Source of the DNA: Bdellovibrio sp.
GTDB taxonomy: Bacteria; Bdellovibrionota; Bdellovibrionia; Bdellovibrionales; Bdellovibrionaceae
Assembly: GCA_036677065.1 (NCBI GenBank)
Contig: JAKFBS010000001.1
Span: 672,001 to 736,000, forward strand
Direction: 5' to 3'
Length of the DNA stretch: 64,000 nt
Each line of letters begins with the position of its first letter. The stretch's first letter is position 1. Below are positions 58,140-64,000 of this stretch, in pieces. The translations under genes were made by a program, and so were the position numbers. Under the pieces are notes generated by a model, which was not told where the DNA came from, did not search any database, and saw nothing but the letters and a program-made list of their open reading frames with translations.

Positions 58140-59489
58140 GTGTCTATTCGCATTAGCGGCTTATCAGGTGGAGGGTTACCCCCAAATCTGGTCGATCAAG
58201 TGATCGAAGCAGAGCGCATGCCGTTAAAGAAGATGGAAGCTGACAAAGCTAAAATCGAAGACAAAGTAAAACTCGTTACCGAATTCGAAACAAAAATTAA
58301 CGAAATTTTAAAAAACTTAAATTCAATCGTTGGCGCCCGCGGCTTTAGCGATATGAAATTCATATCGGGATTTCCTGATATTATCGACGGGCAAGTGGAT
58401 CCGGCGTTAGCTGAATCGGGCGATTGGACTTTCGAAGTTCTGCAATTAGCAACTAAGCCTTCTATCGCTTCAAACGGTGCACCTGATAAAGATACCTCTT
58501 CAATTGGTGTGGGTTATATCAAATTTGATACTCCTGAGGGCACACAAGAAGTTTACATTGATGCTGAAAATTCAACTTTAGAAAAAGTAGCGGCAAAAAT
58601 TAATGAAGCTGATGTGGGTGTAAAAGCCAATGTTATTAACGATAGAAAAGATAAAGTTGATAGCTTCAGATTGCAATTAACTGGTGCTAAAACAGGTGAT
58701 GACAATGCCGTTGAATTTCCGACAGTGTATATGGTCGACGGGGATTTCGATTTTGAATTTGATCAAACCTTACAAGCTAAGAACGCTAAGTATAAATTAA
58801 ACGGCCAAGAATTCGAATCAGCAGAAAATAAAATCACGGATGCTATTCCGGGTGTAATTTTAGATTTAAAACAAGCCCGCGAAGGCACGCCAGTTAAATT
58901 ATCAATCAGTGAAAACTATGATGCTATCGGTGAAAAGATGAAAAATTTCGTCGATGCTTACAATGGCGCTTTAGGTTTTATCCAGGGGCAAAACAAATTA
59001 ACAGACACTAAAGACGGCGCAAAACGCCTGGGGCCTTTGGGTGGCGATAGTATGCTGCGTATGACTGAAGGCCGCTTGCGCAGAATTATTCAAGATGTGC
59101 AAGACACGAATAGCTCGTACGAGCGTATTTTAGAATTAGGTGTCGAATTTAACCGTAACGGAACTCTGGATTATAAAGCAGACACATTTAAAAAGGCTGT
59201 CGCAGAAGATCCGCGCGATGTGATCGAGTTCTTACGCGGAAATTTACAGAACACGGGATTTGTTACGAACATGCGTACACGCATTCGTGAAATCACAGAT
59301 CCAACTGTTGGTGCTGTGGGTAACCGTAAAACCAGCATGCAACGCCAAGTAACAGGTATAGATCAAAAAATTGATAGAAAAGAAAAATCGCTCGAAAAGC
59401 GTGAAGAGTCTTTACGTCGCCAATTCGCAAAAATGGAAGAGGCAATGTCTAAGATGAATTCGCAGGGCGCAGCAATAGGAAAGGGGTAA
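58140..59489 (+). CDS. fliD: Flagellar filament cap FliD
   Basis: ISGL, AIPGVILDL, FVDAYN and LRRQFAKME motifs; precedes fliS. Confidence 0.92.
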   Translation: MSIRISGLSGGGLPPNLVDQVIEAERMPLKKMEADKAKIEDKVKLVTEFETKINEILKNLNSIVGARGFSDMKFISGFPDIIDGQVDPALAESGDWTFEVLQLATKPSIASNGAPDKDTSSIGVGYIKFDTPEGTQEVYIDAENSTLEKVAAKINEADVGVKANVINDRKDKVDSFRLQLTGAKTGDDNAVEFPTVYMVDGDFDFEFDQTLQAKNAKYKLNGQEFESAENKITDAIPGVILDLKQAREGTPVKLSISENYDAIGEKMKNFVDAYNGALGFIQGQNKLTDTKDGAKRLGPLGGDSMLRMTEGRLRRIIQDVQDTNSSYERILELGVEFNRNGTLDYKADTFKKAVAEDPRDVIEFLRGNLQNTGFVTNMRTRIREITDPTVGAVGNRKTSMQRQVTGIDQKIDRKEKSLEKREESLRRQFAKMEEAMSKMNSQGAAIGKG

Positions 59490-59498
59490 TAGAAGTTT

Positions 59499-59903
59499 AT
59501 GGCAGCAAATCCATATCAAAAGTACAAACAGACATCAATAACGAGTGCTTCACGTGAGCAGATCTTATTAATGTTATATGAGGGCGCGATCAAGTTCACA
59601 AAACTTGCTATTCAGGCCGCAGAACAAAAAAAGGTGGCAGACCGCGGAACAAATTTAATGCGCGCGTATGACATCATCATGGAACTCCAAGTGTCGCTGG
59701 ACCACAAAGTTGGGGGCGATATCGCGAAACAACTCGATCAGTTGTATACGTTTGTTTTGGACCAATACACCAAAGCTAATATTTCTGGTGAAATTGAACC
59801 ATTGAAGGCCGCATTAAAAGTAATCGAAAATCTATACGAAGGCTGGAAAGTCGCCGTCGAAAAATATAAAAAAGATATGGAAGAAAAAGGGGGAACCGCA
59901 TGA
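59499..59903 (+). CDS. fliS: Flagellin chaperone FliS
   Basis: TSASREQILLMLYEGAI, LDQLY and EGW motifs. Confidence 0.94.
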   Translation: MAANPYQKYKQTSITSASREQILLMLYEGAIKFTKLAIQAAEQKKVADRGTNLMRAYDIIMELQVSLDHKVGGDIAKQLDQLYTFVLDQYTKANISGEIEPLKAALKVIENLYEGWKVAVEKYKKDMEEKGGTA

Positions 59904-60298
59904 TCCGCATAGTTCAATTAATGACAGAGAAAAATCACTTTCTAGAAAAGTTCTACACGTTGAATGAGCAGCAGATCATTAAACTTGAGAGCGGTCTCTT
60001 TGATGATATCGAGCCGTTTTATAATAAACGCGAAGATATGATCAATATTTTAAAATATATTGATTCAGAAATTAACAAAGCTCATTTGCAGCACAAAGAC
60101 ATCAATGGTGTATTTGCTGAAACTGATAAACGGGCTTTGCGCGAGTGCATGCGCACCAAAGAATTGTTTGTAGGTAAAATTCTTGATCAGGATATGCAAG
60201 TTCTTGCCCTGATCGATGAAGCTAAAACTAAGATCATTCGCGAGTTACAAGACGTTCGATTAGCTAAGAAAGCTATGCACGGGTACAAGTCAGCCTAG
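59900..60298 (+). CDS. FliT/FlgN-like flagellar chaperone
   Basis: Helical protein after fliS; C-terminal HGY. Confidence 0.55.
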   Translation: MIRIVQLMTEKNHFLEKFYTLNEQQIIKLESGLFDDIEPFYNKREDMINILKYIDSEINKAHLQHKDINGVFAETDKRALRECMRTKELFVGKILDQDMQVLALIDEAKTKIIRELQDVRLAKKAMHGYKSA

Positions 60299-60393
60299 CG
60301 GCTGACTTTAAGAAGTTGTACAGCAACTTCTGCCTAGCCTTTTGTTGGCCAAGTCAATTTACTGACTTGGTCGTCATGAAAATTCTAGCATTA

Positions 60394-60427
60394 AAATAAA
60401 ACGGGAGCATCGGCTCCCGTTTTATTT
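60394..60427 (+). terminator. Rho-independent terminator after fliDST
   Basis: AAATAAAACGGGAGC-ATCG-GCTCCCGTTTTATTT. Confidence 0.8.
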
Positions 60428-60439
60428 GTTTAAAGGCTC

Positions 60440-60455
60440 TGGCACTCGCCTTGCT
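60440..60455 (+). promoter_or_regulatory. sigma54 promoter
   Basis: TGGCAC-TCGCC-TTGCT is a consensus match. Confidence 0.8.
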
Positions 60456-60530
60456 TTACTAAAAAGTACGATCACTGTGAAAACCGCTCAGGACGAGACG
60501 GTCCAGGATATATGCTTTTGGAGGCAAGGA

Positions 60531-61367
60531 ATGCTACATACGAACAGCCAGTTTAAAACGGCTCAAGATCTTTTCAAAACCGGACAATATAAAAAATCGT
60601 TTTTAAACCTAATCACTATTTCTACCGAATTTTCAAACGAGCCAGATTTTTTAAGACTGCTGTCGCAAGTGCAGATGTCGTTAAAAGATTTCACAGGTCA
60701 GATCAAGACACTTCAGGTGTTATCGCGCAAAAGCGAAGACATCCAAGATAAAGTAAAATACATGATGGCTTTATTAGCTCAAGGCCAACGTAACGAATCA
60801 TTAGATGAGGCACTTAAGTTATTAAGTATGCCACTAGCGACGACCGAAAAAGTTTTTGTTTTTAAGGCTTTAATAAAAATTTATTCAGTAGAAAATGATT
60901 TTGAAGGTTTAGAAGACGTCTGCCGTGAATTAGGGGCCTTAGGTTTAAGTGATGCTGATGTTAGTTATTCGCACGCGCTTATTGAAGCTTCTAAAGGTGA
61001 TTTAGATCAGGCGATTGAACATTTACGCCAAGCTGTTGTAGATAATCCTTCTTTTGATACCGGCTGGGCGGCTTTAGGTTTATATCACTATAAAAAGGGT
61101 GATATCGAGTTAGCAAAAGCTAATTTAGAAAAAGCATTAGACTTAAATCCATCAAATACAACGGCCTTAAAACATATTTCTAATTGGGTCGATGACACAC
61201 AACCAGATGAATTGAATGCCACTTTAGAAAAAGTAAATTATTATTTGCAGAAATATAATTTCGACGAAGAAATTTCTGAATGCCACGCAAAACTTTTGAT
61301 AAAAAAGGGTCATGTGGATTTGGCGCAATTAGAAATCGCTAAATTGACTTATTATTTTGGAAATTGA
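60531..61367 (+). CDS. TPR-repeat protein
   Basis: GWAALGLYHYKKGDIELAKANLEKALDLNP; SD GGAGG before ATG 60531. Confidence 0.85.
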   Translation: MLHTNSQFKTAQDLFKTGQYKKSFLNLITISTEFSNEPDFLRLLSQVQMSLKDFTGQIKTLQVLSRKSEDIQDKVKYMMALLAQGQRNESLDEALKLLSMPLATTEKVFVFKALIKIYSVENDFEGLEDVCRELGALGLSDADVSYSHALIEASKGDLDQAIEHLRQAVVDNPSFDTGWAALGLYHYKKGDIELAKANLEKALDLNPSNTTALKHISNWVDDTQPDELNATLEKVNYYLQKYNFDEEISECHAKLLIKKGHVDLAQLEIAKLTYYFGN

Positions 61368-61391
61368 TTAAGTTCATGCTAGCCTTTTTAG

Positions 61392-63221
61392 GTGAACGTA
61401 TATGTCCAAAACCAATACTTAGAGCAAGTTAAACAAAGCGTTTTAAGCTTAGGTGTTGGTTTGTCAGATAATCTAGAAAAAATGGCCGATTTGGCCGTTT
61501 TTGATTTACGCCATATACCGAATGCGAATCAGTTATCTCATTTCAAAGAAAAAGTTTTAATTGTCGATCACGAGCAAGTCGATTTTCAGACTTTAAAACA
61601 AATCAATCCGCGCTTAATAGTTAAAACAAATCAATTAAATGAGCTTGCCATATTGATCCAGTCGATCACGACGCAAAAATCAGTATCACTTTTTAAACAG
61701 GCCCAGCTTTTGCCTGTGGATGAGTCAGGGCAGATAGAAAGCCTGCAAAAAGAACTTAAAGAAAAATCAGAATCATTAAAATATTTTGTTAATGAAGAAA
61801 ATTTAAAAAAACAAAAAGAAAAAAAACTTCTTTATTTTTTAGATTTTTTGAATGCGGAGCAGGATACACCTGAGTTTATCGAAAATCTTTGCGAACTGTT
61901 ATGGATAGATCTAAAAAAATTAGGTTCATTTCATATGTTGGGTTTCGTTGTCACGCTTTCAAAACAAGATAACGCTTTTGTATTGTATGACGGCAAACAG
62001 GCAAAGTTTAATTATAATATTCGTTTTTCTGGGCAAGATGAAAAACAATATGCCGTGCAATTGGCAGATATCTTACAGCGCCCAATAGCTGCCACCAAGT
62101 TTTGGGCCAGCGAAAAAAATCAGCTGAAAAGTTTTTTCTTTTTAGAAAATCGTGGCGCATTGGTTTCGCCTGAAAGTTTAGATTCTTATATTTCAGAACG
62201 TATTGATTTAATGGTCTTAATGATCCAACGTCATATTTCACAATTACAAACCAGCTATCTTTTAAATAAATGGAATGTGTTTGGCAAAGCCTACCAGCAA
62301 CCGATGCATGTGATCGATTCTCAATATACGCTAGTTCAGTCAAATTATTTTGATCAGACTCAAACTGTAAAGTGCTATGACAAATTAGCCGGCAGAACTG
62401 CACCGTGTGAAAATTGCCCGGTGTTGGTACAAAAAAATGTAAGTCCTGTCGCTATACAGGGCCGTAAATTCAAATCGTACGCGACTAAGTTTTCAACTGA
62501 TAGAGATTATTTTTTCGTATTCTATGAAAACCAAACCGAAGCCGATCTGGTTAAATCGAATTTGATTCAGAATGAAAAAATGAATGTCATAGGACAATTG
62601 GCAAATCACTTAGCGCATGAATTAAATAATCCCCTGACGGGCTTAAAATTGGCGACTGAATTTATTTTACAGCAACCGCAATTAGAAACTTCGGTTAAAA
62701 ATGATTTTACCGAAGTTTTAAAAGGTATTGATCGCTGCAAAAATATTATTACAGATTTATTAGAGTTCAGCTCTGATCAAAGCCCTATCTTGACAATAGG
62801 CACAGTGGATGAAGTGATTAAAAAAACGATGCCGCTGTTAAAATCAATCACTCGTATGTTTAATGTTTTCATCGACGTTAAAAATGTGCCAGTGCGAATG
62901 AACGCAGGGCATTTACAACAAATCATTTTTAATCTGGTGAAAAACTCTTGTCAGGCGATGCCTGCAAAAGGTTCGATAAAAATTTATGATATCGATATGC
63001 CAAATCACTACGACGTGATTTTTGAAGATAACGGCAGCGGCTTACCTGATAGAATTAAAACCCATTTATTTGAACCCTTTGCCACCACCAAGGCGATCGG
63101 TGAGGGCACTGGTTTAGGTTTGTATATTTCAAAAAGTTTGGTAAAGCGAATGTTCGCGGATCTTTTGTATGATGCCAATTATAAAAACGGCACTCGTTTT
63201 ATTTTAAGGTTTTTTAAATGA
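61392..63221 (+). CDS. Sensor histidine kinase (cytoplasmic)
   Basis: AHELNNPL H-box; NLVKNS, DNGSG, FEPF and GTGLGL boxes. Confidence 0.92.
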   Translation: MNVYVQNQYLEQVKQSVLSLGVGLSDNLEKMADLAVFDLRHIPNANQLSHFKEKVLIVDHEQVDFQTLKQINPRLIVKTNQLNELAILIQSITTQKSVSLFKQAQLLPVDESGQIESLQKELKEKSESLKYFVNEENLKKQKEKKLLYFLDFLNAEQDTPEFIENLCELLWIDLKKLGSFHMLGFVVTLSKQDNAFVLYDGKQAKFNYNIRFSGQDEKQYAVQLADILQRPIAATKFWASEKNQLKSFFFLENRGALVSPESLDSYISERIDLMVLMIQRHISQLQTSYLLNKWNVFGKAYQQPMHVIDSQYTLVQSNYFDQTQTVKCYDKLAGRTAPCENCPVLVQKNVSPVAIQGRKFKSYATKFSTDRDYFFVFYENQTEADLVKSNLIQNEKMNVIGQLANHLAHELNNPLTGLKLATEFILQQPQLETSVKNDFTEVLKGIDRCKNIITDLLEFSSDQSPILTIGTVDEVIKKTMPLLKSITRMFNVFIDVKNVPVRMNAGHLQQIIFNLVKNSCQAMPAKGSIKIYDIDMPNHYDVIFEDNGSGLPDRIKTHLFEPFATTKAIGEGTGLGLYISKSLVKRMFADLLYDANYKNGTRFILRFFK

Positions 63222-63589
63222 AGTTATTAATTTGTGATGATGAAGATCTAATCCGTAAATCCTTAGCCAGAGCCTTTCGTGCCCAGGGTCATGATGTGAT
63301 CGAAGCCGAAAACGGGGCCGTGGCTTTAGAGCTTTTAAAAACTAATGACATCGACTTATTGGTCTTAGATTTGTTAATGCCAGAAAAAAATGGGTTTGAT
63401 GTGTTGGCTGAAATGACTGTGGTAAAGCCTGTGATCATTATTTCGGCCTTTTCAGGTCAACAGCAGGGCCATTTTCACGCTGATGATTACCCGCAAGTTG
63501 TGGGTTTTATTAAAAAACCTTTTGACCACCTGAGTGTTGTGATAGAAGAAATGACTAAGATTTATGAGAATTATATCCGGAAAATTTAA
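63218..63589 (+). CDS. Single-domain response regulator
   Basis: ICDDE, LDLLMP and KKPF motifs. Confidence 0.9.
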   Translation: MKLLICDDEDLIRKSLARAFRAQGHDVIEAENGAVALELLKTNDIDLLVLDLLMPEKNGFDVLAEMTVVKPVIIISAFSGQQQGHFHADDYPQVVGFIKKPFDHLSVVIEEMTKIYENYIRKI

Positions 63590-64000
63590 AGGCAGAACAT
63601 TAGTCAGCTTCAAGGCCGACCACATTAGACCGACCATGGATCGAGTCAAAGAGACTCTATTCAATAAATGGATGGGCTATGTTGAAGATGCGAAGACCCT
63701 GGATTTGTTCGCAGGAACCGGAAACTTAGGCCTAGAGGCCCTTTCGCGTGGAGCGAAGCATGTTACTTTTGTGGAAAAGAGTGCGAAATCTGTGGATATC
63801 ATCCGCAAAAACATCGAACTTCTTAAAATCACTAAAGACGAGCAAGTGGTCCTCACTAAGGATGTTTTCTCGTTTCTTAAGACTTATCAGGGCGAAGGCT
63901 TTGATATTATCTTTATCGATCCACCATTTACTGAAAAGCTGGCTGACGATGTGATGACGGCCCTGGCAAGTAGCCAATGTTTTCATCAAAACACCCTGAT
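63564..64000 (+). CDS. rsmD: 16S rRNA m2G966 methyltransferase RsmD (runs off the window; absent from the ORF track)
   Basis: Translated from ATG 63564: MRIISGKFKG..IRPTMDRVKETLFN..LDLFAGTGNLGLEALSRGA..IFIDPPF. Confidence 0.93.
   Translation, partial: MRIISGKFKGRTLVSFKADHIRPTMDRVKETLFNKWMGYVEDAKTLDLFAGTGNLGLEALSRGAKHVTFVEKSAKSVDIIRKNIELLKITKDEQVVLTKDVFSFLKTYQGEGFDIIFIDPPFTEKLADDVMTALASSQCFHQNTL

Noticed and set aside
63732..63989. Short ORFs at the window end
   Set aside because: They overlap the rsmD frame that starts at 63564.

Overview
AT-rich chromosomal segment, most consistent with a Bdellovibrionota (Bdellovibrio/Pseudobdellovibrio-like) bacterium. This is inferred from the short flagellins, a TIGR02147-like regulator, Cys/Gly-rich secreted proteins and the gene order. 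It holds two tandem Cys/Gly-rich secreted paralogs and a flagellar operon (flgFGAHIJMNKL-csrA-fliW). These are followed by an ABCC-like exporter, a RelE/HigB-type toxin-antitoxin pair with a perfect operator, rmuC, menaquinone genes including a MenC-MenE fusion, housekeeping genes and a thiamine ABC transporter. The last third has three flagellin genes, a RAYT/IS200-like HUH transposase with 12-bp repeats, an Fe3+ ABC transporter, flaG-fliDST, a two-component pair and a partial rsmD. Top signal: the 5' leaders of the three separately promoted (sigma28-like) flagellin genes are mutually complementary. Leader 1 and leader 2 form a perfect 18-nt duplex, leader 2 and leader 3 form a 17-bp duplex, and leaders 2 and 3 also have complementary hairpin loops. 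This suggests an mRNA-mRNA pairing network among flagellin transcripts. An unannotated, highly structured ~230-nt RNA at 34248-34480 is also notable. All calls are by eye; no searches or folding programs were run.
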